Assembly: GCA_003649205.1 (NCBI GenBank)
Contig: QMRC01000001.1
Location: forward strand, 308,624-372,623
Reading direction: 5' to 3'
Source: Thermoprotei archaeon
GTDB taxonomy: Archaea; Thermoproteota; Thermoprotei; Thermoproteales; B15-G16
DNA length: 64,000 nt
A program made the position numbers and the translations under genes. The notes under the pieces were generated by a model, which saw nothing but the letters and a program-made list of their open reading frames with translations, was not told the DNA's origin and did not search any database. Numbering within the stretch: the stretch's first letter is position 1; each line of letters begins with the position of its first letter. Shown here piece by piece: positions 9,067-19,702 of this stretch.

Positions 9067-10530
9067 CTAGAACCCTGCTCCTGCGGCCCATTTTAGCAAA
9101 GTGAGTATCGCTGACACGGAATAGAAGCACATGAACTGAAAGCCAACATGGACGCCTAATTTATGTAGGAAGCCTCCGACGAGTGCTATCAGCATTGTTA
9201 GGCATAGTCCTGTTATTCCTGCTTCGTAGTAACCTATTGTGGCTACTATGGCTATGAAGAGTGCTAGTAGTGCTTCGTGGCTTATGTACTTCAGTACTAG
9301 TTCTGTTATCCTCCTTGCGTACCTCATTGCTATTGGGTAGTTGGGTACTAGTAATCCTATGACGATTCCTATGAGTCCGAATATGAGGTAGTCTACCGGT
9401 GTTAGTAGTGTGTGTAGGTTGTGTAGCTCCTTTGAGAATGGTGGGCAGGTGAATCTTGGTGGTGCGTAGAATAGTGGTAGTGCTGGTCCCATTGCCATTG
9501 GGCTTAGCGGTATCCCAAACGCCATTAGTGGTATTATTGTCTGTGCTACGTATGTCGCACTGGTTATTGCGTCCATCGTTGCTATTGTCGTAGCGTCTTT
9601 GAATGCTATGTCCTTGGGGCTCTCTAGCTTTCGGAATGACCCAGCTACTATCTCACCGAACATTATCGTCATTCCTGCTGGACTTAGGAAGAATAGTGGT
9701 GATGTTACTGCACTTAGACTCGATGCTAGTGCTATCTGTTTCCTCTTTAGTACCTTAAATGGATTGGGGAATAGCTTGTACGGTACTTCAGGTGCTAGGT
9801 AGATTCTAGATGGACCTTCTCTGGTTAATTGCTGTCTAAGTGTTGGTACGAGTAGTGAAAATAGCTCGAATATCATTGGTCCAACGGTTATTCCCATGAA
9901 GACACTGATGACTATTGGTCTACCCCACATCATCTTCGATATGTGCTGACAACCAGCTATCAGTAGTGAGAATGGTACTAGTGCCGCCAGGCATGCCCAC
10001 CTAGCCTTTGCTAGGAGTCCAATCACTATTGCACCGGCTAGGAAGAACCACTTGACATATGGCTTTATTACCTCAGCTATGCCGTATGTAGCGAGTGGGT
10101 ATGCTAGTGCTAGTGCTATGAAGAAGCCTATGAAGGTTCCTATGAATGAGCCAGCAGCCATCTTCCTCATAGCTACGTGTGCTAGGCCAAGTTTCTTCAT
10201 CTCAGCACAGTAAGGTACCATTGGTACAGCCATGACGCCTCCCGGTAGTGCGGCAACTGCTGTAGGTATTGTGTGTGCTAGCTTGAACGCTGCGCATGCG
10301 GCCATGAACCACGCTAGTAGTACTCGTGGGTCAAGACCCATTAGCACGAGTGCTAGTGTTAGAGGAGCCATTGTGGCTGTCTCATCTGTTCCAGGAATTA
10401 CACCGATTAGTAGGTAGATGAAGCTAGCTGCTAGTGCTAAAGCTATTGCCTGTGCCACTACATCAGGTGTTACCGCCGCTACCTCAGTAGCTTGTCTAGC
10501 TACTTCCAAGATTAAGGGGGCAAACATCAT
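9067..10530 (-). CDS. Tripartite tricarboxylate transporter TctA-family permease
   Basis: GVIPGTDET, ALPGG, AFGIPLSP motifs; about 12 TM. Confidence 0.8.
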   Translation of the reverse strand: MMFAPLILEVARQATEVAAVTPDVVAQAIALALAASFIYLLIGVIPGTDETATMAPLTLALVLMGLDPRVLLAWFMAACAAFKLAHTIPTAVAALPGGVMAVPMVPYCAEMKKLGLAHVAMRKMAAGSFIGTFIGFFIALALAYPLATYGIAEVIKPYVKWFFLAGAIVIGLLAKARWACLAALVPFSLLIAGCQHISKMMWGRPIVISVFMGITVGPMIFELFSLLVPTLRQQLTREGPSRIYLAPEVPYKLFPNPFKVLKRKQIALASSLSAVTSPLFFLSPAGMTIMFGEIVAGSFRKLESPKDIAFKDATTIATMDAITSATYVAQTIIPLMAFGIPLSPMAMGPALPLFYAPPRFTCPPFSKELHNLHTLLTPVDYLIFGLIGIVIGLLVPNYPIAMRYARRITELVLKYISHEALLALFIAIVATIGYYEAGITGLCLTMLIALVGGFLHKLGVHVGFQFMCFYSVSAILTLLKWAAGAGF

Positions 10531-10829
10531 ATTTCCTCCTCCCTTACAATGCCTTCAGTTGGAGCTTCCTCGACCAGTATTCTCTTTGGTTTGAAGATGG
10601 AAGCCGCTATGCCGCAGGCCACTGCAGCTGCGAGTAGGCTTGAGACTAATTGCCAGACTCTAACCTTTGCTGGTTCCATGCCTGGGAACATCGACTCTAC
10701 TACTGGTTTTATGCCGAAGAATGTGCCAAATGCTATGACTAGGCATAGCAGTGTTGCCTTAACTAGGTCACCTATGTCAACGACATCATACCATATCTCT
10801 ACGTATCTACTTCTCCCTTTCCCTGACAT
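10527..10829 (-). CDS. Small 2-TM partner of the TctA permease
   Basis: ATGA overlap with the permease gene; two TM helices. Confidence 0.7.
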   Translation of the reverse strand: MSGKGRSRYVEIWYDVVDIGDLVKATLLCLVIAFGTFFGIKPVVESMFPGMEPAKVRVWQLVSSLLAAAVACGIAASIFKPKRILVEEAPTEGIVREEEI

Positions 10830-10919
10830 GCACTATGACCCTCGCCTATTAATTGTTGGATCTCTACCCGACGATTGATATATAAGTTACACCATGGCGA
10901 ACTCAGTTGGTACTCTTAG

Positions 10920-12506
10920 TTAAAGTAGACCTAGTAGTTTTGATGCTATTGTGAAGTATACGGAGAGACCGCAGATGTCGGATATCGTCGTTATGAGAGG
11001 TGATGATATTGTTGCTGGATCTACTCTGAGTACCATAGCTACTATAGGTAGTAAACCACCAATCAAGCTAGCAATTAGAGTTACAGCAACAACAGCTAGT
11101 GCTATAGACACTACGATCAGTATGTTCTGTGTGAGTAGGTAAGCTAGGAGTGACGCTATGGGCATGAGTGTTAGACCGAGTAGTAGCGCTGTTGCTGCTT
11201 CCTTACCAACTATCTTGAGGAAGTCCTTTGGAGTTAACTCACCTACTGCTAGTGCTCTGATGACTAGTGATGCTGATTGCGCACCTGCATTACCTCCTGT
11301 ATCGCAGAGTACGGGTATGAAGAGAGCTAGTGCAGCTACTTTGGATATTATTGCTTCGTAGGTCTTGAGTACACCAGCGGTTAGGAATTCAAGTACGTAC
11401 AGTGCTATTAACCAGAAGACTCTCCTCTTGAATAGGTCGAGTACTGTTGCTGACATGTACCTCCATATTGCTCTAGTTTCGATTAGGCCACCGAATCTAA
11501 TCAGGTCTTCACTGCTCTCGCTAATGATGACGTCAACTAGGTCATCTATTGTGACTACACCGAGGAATCTACCTCTCTCATCTACGACAGGGACTTCAAG
11601 TAGGTCGTACCTAGCTGCTATCTTAGCTACAACTTCCTGATCTACATCTGGTGTCACGGGTACGAAGTCTCTTCTAGCTAGGTTGTTCACTACCTCATCT
11701 CTCTTAGCTCTCAGCAACTCTGTCACTGGTATATACCCAACTAGTCTACCTTCATCATCGATTACGTACACGTACCTCGTGCTCTCGAACTTCCGTGGTT
11801 CAGCTATTTCCTGAAGAACTTCACCTACTGTCGTACCTAACTTCGCTATTGGTACTTTGGTTATCATGAGTCCACCAGCTGTATCTGGTGGGTACTCGAG
11901 TACCTTCTTCACCTCTCTAACCTTGTCTTCAGGTAATCTCCTCAATAGCTCTCTTCTTGCCGTGTGTGGTAGTTTCGATATTACGTCAGCGAGGTTGTCT
12001 ACAGGGAGTTGCGCTGCTATTCTCGTAACTCTATCTACTCCAACTACCTCCATGACTTCGGTCAGTAGTTGTGGTGGTAGTTGATGTAGAATCTCTACGT
12101 AGTAGCTATCTGGTATTAGTGGGTAGAGTCTTCTTCTTGTCTTCTCATCTAGACGGAGTAGTATGTCTGTGAGGTACTCTGGGTGTACTAGCTTAGGTAC
12201 GTCGCTTATGGAGATGTAGCCTCTCTCTAGGTACTCAACTATTGTCGTTGCTAGCTCTGTGAAGATGTCACTGTACTCTGGTATTTCGGTTACGTCTACT
12301 GCTACTACATTGGGTACGTTGGTTAGTTGTTGCTTTATTGTGTCTGGATCTGCTTCTCCTTCAGCTACTAGTAGGAGGTACGCGTACCCCTCTTTTGCTG
12401 TTGTGTAGCTATGGAGAATGTTCATTCCGTTTCTAGACATTACATCTGCTATGTCTCTCATCAAGCCAATTCTGTCGTATGCTCTTATGAATACTGTACA
12501 TAGCAT
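10920..12506 (-). CDS. mgtE: Magnesium transporter MgtE with N-terminal ACT domain
   Basis: YPPDTAGGLM, CBS pair, GGNAGAQ, DPA...P..TT..D; N-terminal DRIGLMRDIA ACT motif. Confidence 0.9.
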   Translation of the reverse strand: MLCTVFIRAYDRIGLMRDIADVMSRNGMNILHSYTTAKEGYAYLLLVAEGEADPDTIKQQLTNVPNVVAVDVTEIPEYSDIFTELATTIVEYLERGYISISDVPKLVHPEYLTDILLRLDEKTRRRLYPLIPDSYYVEILHQLPPQLLTEVMEVVGVDRVTRIAAQLPVDNLADVISKLPHTARRELLRRLPEDKVREVKKVLEYPPDTAGGLMITKVPIAKLGTTVGEVLQEIAEPRKFESTRYVYVIDDEGRLVGYIPVTELLRAKRDEVVNNLARRDFVPVTPDVDQEVVAKIAARYDLLEVPVVDERGRFLGVVTIDDLVDVIISESSEDLIRFGGLIETRAIWRYMSATVLDLFKRRVFWLIALYVLEFLTAGVLKTYEAIISKVAALALFIPVLCDTGGNAGAQSASLVIRALAVGELTPKDFLKIVGKEAATALLLGLTLMPIASLLAYLLTQNILIVVSIALAVVAVTLIASLIGGLLPIVAMVLRVDPATISSPLITTISDICGLSVYFTIASKLLGLL

Positions 12507-12575
12507 TAAACCATCTCTGATATTGGTTAGTGAGGTACTGACACTGTCTCTAATGGGGTACTTGAATACTTATCG

Positions 12576-12896
12576 GTGGTTTCTCACAAGGAGACAATAT
12601 TGATCCTCCTTGATGATGAAGGGGCTGAGGTTAATTATGGGGCTGAGTTGTGTGATTTCTTGGTTAGTTCCGGTATTGAGTTTGTGGTTGCTTATACTCG
12701 TGAGATCGATATCCTTGAAGGATATCGTGATTACACGGAGAGATGTAAGGAGATGAGAAGTACATTGACAAGATGTGCCTCGCAGTTTCCATTCGATACT
12801 TACCTCAGACTAGAGAGCGCTTTAACCATGGGCTACTACCTGAGGTACTCAGCGAGAGAATTGATTTCGTTGGCAATGCCGCAGGAAGTGATGTAG
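12576..12896 (+). CDS. Hypothetical protein
   Basis: 106-aa ORF in a gap, divergent from mgtE. Confidence 0.45.
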   Translation: MVSHKETILILLDDEGAEVNYGAELCDFLVSSGIEFVVAYTREIDILEGYRDYTERCKEMRSTLTRCASQFPFDTYLRLESALTMGYYLRYSARELISLAMPQEVM

Positions 12897-13076
12897 TGGC
12901 GCTACCTAAGTCAGTGAAGTTGAGAGAAGAGACAAAGGTATGTAAACTATCTACGCATCCATTGTTTAGAGAGAGACATTCATTAGAAGAACTCTCTACC
13001 CTCTACATACAGGTCCATCACTGTACTCAACCACATTCTCGGAAATTAAGGCATCTAAGGTACCACCTAAGCTACG

Positions 13077-14210
13077 TTAGCAGGAACCTGTAGTTAGTTT
13101 GAGTAGTAGGTAAGTGACCTTTAGACCACTACCTGTTAGTGGAGCAAAGACTACATCTCCACTCTCTAGAATCCTGTAATCGATTAACTTCTCAATAGCT
13201 GCGAGGACTGAAGCTGATGTTGGTTCAACTACGAAGCCCCACTTACACAATGTCTTGAGTGCCTTAATTACGTGATTGTTGTTAGTCAAGATACAGAGGC
13301 CACCTGACTTATTGATTACATCAACTAGTTGACTTAACCTAGGAGGGTTGGGTACCCTAAGAGCATCCAGTAGTGACGATGAGCCTTCACACGGTATTGT
13401 CTTGACGTACCTAGCTAGAGGAGCTACATCAGTACCCTGAACAGCTACGTAAATGGGGTCACTACTCACTAGTCCCAACTGCTTCAACTCCCTAAATCCC
13501 TTAGCTAGACCAAGTAGTAAGGTACCTGAAGCAACTGGGACAACGACAAAGCTTGGGAAGTCAGTTATAGAGAGTTCACGAAGTTGAAGAGCTAGTTCAT
13601 AAGCTATTGTCTTGACACCGTCTATGTAGATAGGGTTCCAAAGATGACCGACGTAGGTGTAGCCACTTAACTCAGCACATGTAGCTTCTCTATACGCTAC
13701 CTCACGTGAGGGACACTCGATTAGTTCTGCACCAAATAGCTCAATGAGGTGCCTCTTGCTCTCAGGGCTATCTCTGGGAACGTAGATACGGCACTTAACC
13801 GAGAAGGAGCTTGAGTAAGCAGCAAGTGAGAGACCTGCATTTCCTGAAGAATCCTCACATATGCGGTGTATTCCTAGCTCAAGTACCTTAGAGAGAGTAA
13901 CAGCAGATCCTCTATCCTTAAATGATCCTGTAGGATTTAGATATTCTAGCTTAAGCAGTAGCTTTACTCCCCTAAACTCTCTAATCACTAGTGGAGTAGA
14001 TCCCTCACCGAGGTAGGTAATGAATTTCTCTGAACAGGGTAGAACATCTATGAACTTCCAGATTCCTGGATAGTTACGTGGAATAGTGACTTTACCTAGA
14101 TCTAGCTCTGTATCGAGTGGTGAGTAACAGCTTGAGCATCTCCAAATCCACTTACTGCTGAGGCTATATACTCTACCGCACTTTAAGCACTTTAACCAGA
14201 ACTTGTGCAC
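13077..14210 (-). CDS. thrC: Threonine synthase-like PLP enzyme
   Basis: N-terminal Zn ribbon, GEGSTP, NPTGSFKDRG, SSGNAG, EPTSA, TGSGLK. Confidence 0.8.
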   Translation of the reverse strand: MHKFWLKCLKCGRVYSLSSKWIWRCSSCYSPLDTELDLGKVTIPRNYPGIWKFIDVLPCSEKFITYLGEGSTPLVIREFRGVKLLLKLEYLNPTGSFKDRGSAVTLSKVLELGIHRICEDSSGNAGLSLAAYSSSFSVKCRIYVPRDSPESKRHLIELFGAELIECPSREVAYREATCAELSGYTYVGHLWNPIYIDGVKTIAYELALQLRELSITDFPSFVVVPVASGTLLLGLAKGFRELKQLGLVSSDPIYVAVQGTDVAPLARYVKTIPCEGSSSLLDALRVPNPPRLSQLVDVINKSGGLCILTNNNHVIKALKTLCKWGFVVEPTSASVLAAIEKLIDYRILESGDVVFAPLTGSGLKVTYLLLKLTTGSC

Positions 14211-14245
14211 GTACGTACTGAGAGTTTACCGCTAAATATCGGTAA

Positions 14246-14623
14246 CTACATGAACGTGTGTTCTGGTTCCTCAAAACCCTCATCAAGAACTAGTTTACTA
14301 GGTAACTTATCCTTTGTTGAGTTAGCTATCTCCTTAATTGCCTTAGCTAGAGTAGATCCCTTGAGAAGTAGCTGAACTGCTCCAGCTCTAGATGCTTCGT
14401 CGGGGCATACAGATGATATGACGTATAGTATACCTGCTACGGTAGCCATGGTCTCAGCTATGGCCTTACTCCCTGTATATCTCCTCGTGATCTCCTCAAT
14501 TGTGATGATGTAGTCACAGAGGTAGTCGTCCTGCATGAGCTTGGTCGTGAATAGCTGGGCTACTGCCTTATGTCCTCTAAACTTCCAGTTCATCCAAAGA
14601 GAGAAATTCTTCATAATGTTCAA
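14246..14623 (-). CDS. Hypothetical protein
   Basis: 125-aa ORF co-oriented with neighbours. Confidence 0.55.
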   Translation of the reverse strand: MNIMKNFSLWMNWKFRGHKAVAQLFTTKLMQDDYLCDYIITIEEITRRYTGSKAIAETMATVAGILYVISSVCPDEASRAGAVQLLLKGSTLAKAIKEIANSTKDKLPSKLVLDEGFEEPEHTFM

Positions 14624-14746
14624 GGTAGGTCCCCCAGCAGTTCAATGCTGGTATTACCCCCTCTATATTTGTTTCTTCCTTAGTAAATAAGTAATTTGAG
14701 ATTGCTCTGCTCTTGTGTTACATGTGTAAAGTGGAGTGATATTGCG

Positions 14747-15448
14747 TTAGGTAAGTACTGCTCTAGCATCCACAACTTTACACTTGTCTGCGTATGTCTT
14801 AACTGGGTTTAGATCGAGCTCCTTAATGTAATGCTCGAGATCTGATATCATTTGAGAGCACCTTGCTATTACGTCGGCAAGTACTTCTAGGTTAACTTCC
14901 TCTCCACCTCTATAACCTTTAAGGATTGTAGCGCCCTTCAGCTCAGTAATCATTTCAAGCGCTTCATTTTTGGTTATCGGTGCTAGTCTAAAAGATATAT
15001 CGCGTAGAACCTCTACGAATATACCACCAAGACCGAAGAGCACCACTGGTCCAAATACTGAGTCCTCCATACCACCGATAAATACCTCATGACCCTTAGT
15101 TACCATCTCTTGAACAGCAATACCCCAAATCCTTGCTTTAGGTGCCTTAACCTTAATATTTTCCAGAATACTCTCATAAGCTTTCACTAACTCCTCTTCA
15201 CTCTGAATCCCGATAACCACACCACCTACATCGAACTTATGTACGATATCAGGTGACACAATCTTCAACACAACAGGGAAGCCAATTCTCTTAGCATACT
15301 CAATTGCTTCATCGACGCTCCTAGCTATGTGGGTCTCTGCTACGGGGATTCCGTAGTGTTTAAGGATTTCGAAGACCTCTGTGAAAACTAGGATCTTACG
15401 GCCCTCAGCTTTAGCTCTCTCGATTACTTGAAGTGACTTAGAGATCAT
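14747..15448 (-). CDS. acdB: ADP-forming acyl-CoA synthetase beta subunit
   Basis: ATP-grasp: PVVLKIVSPDIVHK, FGPVVLFGLGG, ELDLNP, DAR. Confidence 0.9.
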   Translation of the reverse strand: MISKSLQVIERAKAEGRKILVFTEVFEILKHYGIPVAETHIARSVDEAIEYAKRIGFPVVLKIVSPDIVHKFDVGGVVIGIQSEEELVKAYESILENIKVKAPKARIWGIAVQEMVTKGHEVFIGGMEDSVFGPVVLFGLGGIFVEVLRDISFRLAPITKNEALEMITELKGATILKGYRGGEEVNLEVLADVIARCSQMISDLEHYIKELDLNPVKTYADKCKVVDARAVLT

Positions 15449-15527
15449 CGAATCCCTTTATGATTAATTAGTTGTGTGAGGCTTTTAAACTTGATTACCT
15501 TAGGCTTGAGTGAGGTACTGGTGCTGA

Positions 15528-16268
15528 ATGAGGAGTGGAGACGTGACGAGCATTAAGAGGCGTATTAGGGAGAGGATTTGGAGTGAGATGGAGAGGAGGA
15601 ATATAGCTGTGTTCCCGAGACCGTGCTATGGTAGGATACCTAATTTTCGAGGTCACGAAGTTGCTGCTAAGAAATTCATTGAGTCTAAGCTCTTCGAGAG
15701 AGCTGATGTTATCTTCTGCTGTCCCGACTCACCACAGAGGCCAATTAGAGAAGCTGTCATTGCATCAGGTAAGGTGCTGATAATGGCTACACCTAGGTTA
15801 CGACAGGGATTCCTCATTATTAAGCCAGGTGACGTACCTAGAGGACAGGAGAGAAAAGCATCTACTATAGCTGGTGCGTTCAAGTACGGTCGTACTGTCG
15901 ATACTATACCGTACAGAATAGATGTCAAGGTAACTGGGTCGGTTGCCGTCACAGTACAAGGTGCTAGATTAGGTAAGGGTGGTGGTTACTCAGATCTAGA
16001 GTACGCTATTCTTCGTGAGATGGGTGTCGTAGATGAGAAGACACCAGTTGTGACTACAGTTCACGACATACAGATTGTTGACTACATACCGATGACAAGA
16101 CATGACGTACCCATAGACTACATCTTCACACCGACGAAGAGTATAGAGATTAAGGACTCACCATTTAGGAAACCTGAAGGTATTTACTGGGATGAACTAG
16201 ATATCAACAAGATACGTGAGATACCCATACTCATGAAGTTAGCTAGGGAGAGAGGGATTGTGAAGTGA
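15528..16268 (+). CDS. 5-formyltetrahydrofolate cyclo-ligase family (MTHFSD-like)
   Basis: GRIPNF, PDSPQ, GSVAV, RLGKGGGY.D.EY, HDVP. Confidence 0.85.
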   Translation: MRSGDVTSIKRRIRERIWSEMERRNIAVFPRPCYGRIPNFRGHEVAAKKFIESKLFERADVIFCCPDSPQRPIREAVIASGKVLIMATPRLRQGFLIIKPGDVPRGQERKASTIAGAFKYGRTVDTIPYRIDVKVTGSVAVTVQGARLGKGGGYSDLEYAILREMGVVDEKTPVVTTVHDIQIVDYIPMTRHDVPIDYIFTPTKSIEIKDSPFRKPEGIYWDELDINKIREIPILMKLARERGIVK

Positions 16269-16852
16269 GTGTGAGTGTCTTCAAGAAAGGTATACGTGCT
16301 CTAGGTATTGCTGAGTGCTTCATAAAGGGTAGGTCAAAGTACTCGATACTTGCTGGAGTAGTCATGAGGGGTGATGGCGTTATCGATGGTTGCGCTATGG
16401 CGAAGATAACTGTTGGCGGTCTCGACGCAACAGATGGAGTACTCAACATATTTCGTAGTCTGAGCAGAACCGATATCTCGGTAATAATGTTAAACGGATG
16501 TATAATAGCTTGGTACAACGTCATAGACCTCATTAGGGTTCACGAGGAGACCAAGGTACCTCTCATATGTGTAACCTACGAGGAATCTGAAGGATTAGAG
16601 GAGTACTTCAGGAAGTACTTTCCTCAGGATTGTGAGAAGAGGATAGAGATCTATAGGAGGAATGGTGAGAGAGTACCTATAGTACTCAAGACAGGGTATA
16701 GAGTCTACGTTAGGTTCTTTGGTATGGAGAAGTGGGAGTGCATACACGTACTCAATAGATTCACGAAGACTGGTTCTATACCTGAACCGCTTAGAGTAGC
16801 TAGATTAGTAGCGAAAGCAGTAGCAAGAGATTTAGGAGCAGATATAGCTTAG
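16265..16852 (+). CDS. DUF99 endonuclease V-like protein
   Basis: GIAECF, GLDATD, AWYNVID, IPEPLRVA. Confidence 0.85.
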   Translation: MSVSVFKKGIRALGIAECFIKGRSKYSILAGVVMRGDGVIDGCAMAKITVGGLDATDGVLNIFRSLSRTDISVIMLNGCIIAWYNVIDLIRVHEETKVPLICVTYEESEGLEEYFRKYFPQDCEKRIEIYRRNGERVPIVLKTGYRVYVRFFGMEKWECIHVLNRFTKTGSIPEPLRVARLVAKAVARDLGADIA

Positions 16853-16932
16853 TATTTCCAAACACGTTCCTGTATTCGTAACTTAAAGAAGCAATCCCCA
16901 TGACAGTGGTCGCTAATGCGCAGTTGATTCTC

Positions 16933-19356
16933 CTATCCTCTTCCTTTCGTTGGTCCTGCGTAGAATAGTGGTATCTCGAAATCCCCTATGTAGTACTTGA
17001 GCAGTACCTTAGCTACGTCTCTTAGCGATAGCATGAGCGTAACTGGTGGCATCTTTAGCTCCTGTGCTGCTAGTTTCCAACTCTTTGACTGTAGCACCTT
17101 AACTATCATCATGTACTCATGTAATGGTAGTAGCTTCGGTCTCCTCTTCGAAGTATCGTAGAAGTACGCCTTAACTAATTCCATGAGCGCATCTACGACG
17201 TTCTCATATGTCATTGGCCCATATGCGTACGCTATTAACCTCTCTAGCTGTGCTTTCGTTAGTCTTGGTTTATAGTCCTCAAACACCGGTTCACCCCAGT
17301 CCTCTAGCAGCATCCTAGCTACTTCGTACTCCAGGTCAAAGTATGGTCCACAGAGTGAGTTAATGAGTCTTAACCTAAATTCTCTGTTCATGTACATGAC
17401 AAGTCTCTTAGCTTCCTCAGTTAGTGGCTTGATGAGTAGTATACTGTACTCACCACTGACAGGGTTTCTCTCTGGACTTATGTGAACTGGTATGAAGCCA
17501 TTTCTCAACCAAAATCTCAGTAATTCTGGATTTACACCGAACCCTGTACCTACCCAATCATAGCCTCGTTTCTTAGCTTCTTCGCATATGAACTCAATCA
17601 TCCTGGAACCTAGTCCTTTCCTCTGTACTTGTGGGTGTGTTGCTATTCTAACTATCCTCCAACCCTTCATCTTTGCGAATTCTCGTACTCTCCAATACTT
17701 GACCACTCTATCAGGTATTATGTTTCCTGGTAGCTTTATTCCTCTAATAAGCTCATCATACATCTCGTCAGGTATTGGCCCTTCTTCAGCTAGCTCAACT
17801 GCTACCACGATCTTCCCACTCTTTAACCTTAGTGCTCTAACTGTGTGGTGCGGTGCATCCATCATCATGCCTAAGTCATCTGGTCTATTTCTATAGTGTG
17901 CCTGTACGTAGATTCCGAAGAATTGCCTTAGTTCATCTTCCTTCTTGAGGAAGAACTCTTCTAGTTCTGGTACGTAGTACTCCACCTCCATTCTCTCAAT
18001 CATTCTCAGGTCCTCGTCCGTTAGCTCTGCTGGTTCGGCATCTAGGAGCAGTGTGTCAAAGAGCCAGTTCTCTATGGGGTCATTCTCTGCGTACCTTATG
18101 GGCTCTGTCATCTCGTACTCTACGACCTCAGTATTGGGGTCATTCTTGAGGTACCTCAGGAATCTCACGGTGAAGCCTCTACCCGCTCCCTCATATCCGT
18201 GTATTGTTGATGAGAAGATCATTCTGTCAAACTTGCTATGTATCTTGTAGAGGATTGGTACTGGTATTCCTGCTGCTTCATCAACAGCTACTATGTCTGC
18301 TCTCTGTCTGCTAAGTACCTCGAATGGTGTTAGGTAGTCTATGAATATGTTCTTAGCTCTTAGAGATACTACGTAACCCCCTCTCTTCTCGATATATGGG
18401 TCGTAGCCTAGTGTCCTAAATGTCTTTATAGCTAGCTCGAAGAGAGACTGTACGTTAGATTCATGTGGTGCTGTTACTACAATCCTTGCACTACCCTTAG
18501 CTTTTCTCAACTTGTGTCCTAGTGCTACTAGCCCTATACCTATCGCACATGACTTGCCTCTGCCTCTGTCAGCAGTTATCACTATAGCTAGCTTCTTCTC
18601 AGGTCTCTCGTAGAGTTTCTCTAGGATTCTGAGGACATTTACCTGGTCCTGCGTTAGTGCTAACCTATAGACCTTTTCTGGGAATCTAGGTCTTGGTGGT
18701 ATTGTCGGTTCTCTCTTAACCCACTTCTTCGCACTTGGGTCTGGTTGTGGTTCTCTAATGAATTTCCTCGAGTCTACATCCACGATTGCTATTCCAGGGT
18801 ACTCAAATAGCTTAGTTACGAATCTCTTCTTGAAGTAGTGCCTTAGGTATTCTGGTCCGTACTGAGGTACTAGGAGATTCTTCTGGAACTTAGTGACTAT
18901 CTTATCCCACTCCTCAAATCGCGGTGTGTACAGGATGTAGAAACCACCACCTCTAACTACACCACCTAATCTACCTACGTCATTAGGTTTGAGGTCATTG
19001 ATGAGGTCTAGTACTGCAAAGTCGTAGGTTGTTCCGAGAATCTCTTCAGTGTCCTTATAAGGGAGTAGGTCCAATGTAATGCCGTAATTCTTTAGTATCC
19101 TCTCGTACATCTGCCTCATCAGAGTTTGTCGACGCATTCCATCACTAAACTCTGGCTGGTAACAATACACACCCTTCAACTCCTTTACCTCACCTACTGT
19201 GACGTAAGCCTCAATTACTTCAATTGTTGCCTTAACAAAATTCTCGTCGGTAGATCCAGTAAACACAATCATCCTCCTATGATTTGCTTGAATACCCTCT
19301 CTGATGGATACCATTATTTTCTCCAGTATCTCTCTTGACAAAACTCTGCTACACAC
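16933..19356 (-). CDS. tmcA: RNA cytidine acetyltransferase TmcA/Nat10
   Basis: ADRGRGKS, VDEAA, STIHGYEGAGRGF, AHYR, RIVRIATHP..QRKGLGS. Confidence 0.95.
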   Translation of the reverse strand: MCSRVLSREILEKIMVSIREGIQANHRRMIVFTGSTDENFVKATIEVIEAYVTVGEVKELKGVYCYQPEFSDGMRRQTLMRQMYERILKNYGITLDLLPYKDTEEILGTTYDFAVLDLINDLKPNDVGRLGGVVRGGGFYILYTPRFEEWDKIVTKFQKNLLVPQYGPEYLRHYFKKRFVTKLFEYPGIAIVDVDSRKFIREPQPDPSAKKWVKREPTIPPRPRFPEKVYRLALTQDQVNVLRILEKLYERPEKKLAIVITADRGRGKSCAIGIGLVALGHKLRKAKGSARIVVTAPHESNVQSLFELAIKTFRTLGYDPYIEKRGGYVVSLRAKNIFIDYLTPFEVLSRQRADIVAVDEAAGIPVPILYKIHSKFDRMIFSSTIHGYEGAGRGFTVRFLRYLKNDPNTEVVEYEMTEPIRYAENDPIENWLFDTLLLDAEPAELTDEDLRMIERMEVEYYVPELEEFFLKKEDELRQFFGIYVQAHYRNRPDDLGMMMDAPHHTVRALRLKSGKIVVAVELAEEGPIPDEMYDELIRGIKLPGNIIPDRVVKYWRVREFAKMKGWRIVRIATHPQVQRKGLGSRMIEFICEEAKKRGYDWVGTGFGVNPELLRFWLRNGFIPVHISPERNPVSGEYSILLIKPLTEEAKRLVMYMNREFRLRLINSLCGPYFDLEYEVARMLLEDWGEPVFEDYKPRLTKAQLERLIAYAYGPMTYENVVDALMELVKAYFYDTSKRRPKLLPLHEYMMIVKVLQSKSWKLAAQELKMPPVTLMLSLRDVAKVLLKYYIGDFEIPLFYAGPTKGRG

Positions 19357-19702
19357 GGTATATACCTCCTACAGTTTCGCAAGTTAGAAGAGAGCCGTTA
19401 CTATTTAGACGTAGCGTCATAACGAAATCACTTAGCAAATCACAAAGAGGTTTAGGTATAGAGATAGTGAAGTTACCGATACGGCTTCTAGTACATGCTT
19501 GATATCGTTTAAGTACTTCAACAATAGACCCAATCAACCTTTCCCGCCATCTCAATTCCTCAGGACATACCTTAAGCTCATTACTAACACGAACAAAGAA
19601 AAATACCGATTCACGAAGAACAAAGACAAATCTCTCACAAGCTCTCTCCAACCTCAGTAAATGCACTAGGATCATTGTAAGCAACTCTAAGCCTAGCAAC
19701 AC
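19349..19702 (-). CDS. Hypothetical protein
   Basis: Overlaps tmcA start by 8 nt; no recognisable motif. Confidence 0.35.
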   Translation of the reverse strand: MLLGLELLTMILVHLLRLERACERFVFVLRESVFFFVRVSNELKVCPEELRWRERLIGSIVEVLKRYQACTRSRIGNFTISIPKPLCDLLSDFVMTLRLNSNGSLLTCETVGGIYRV

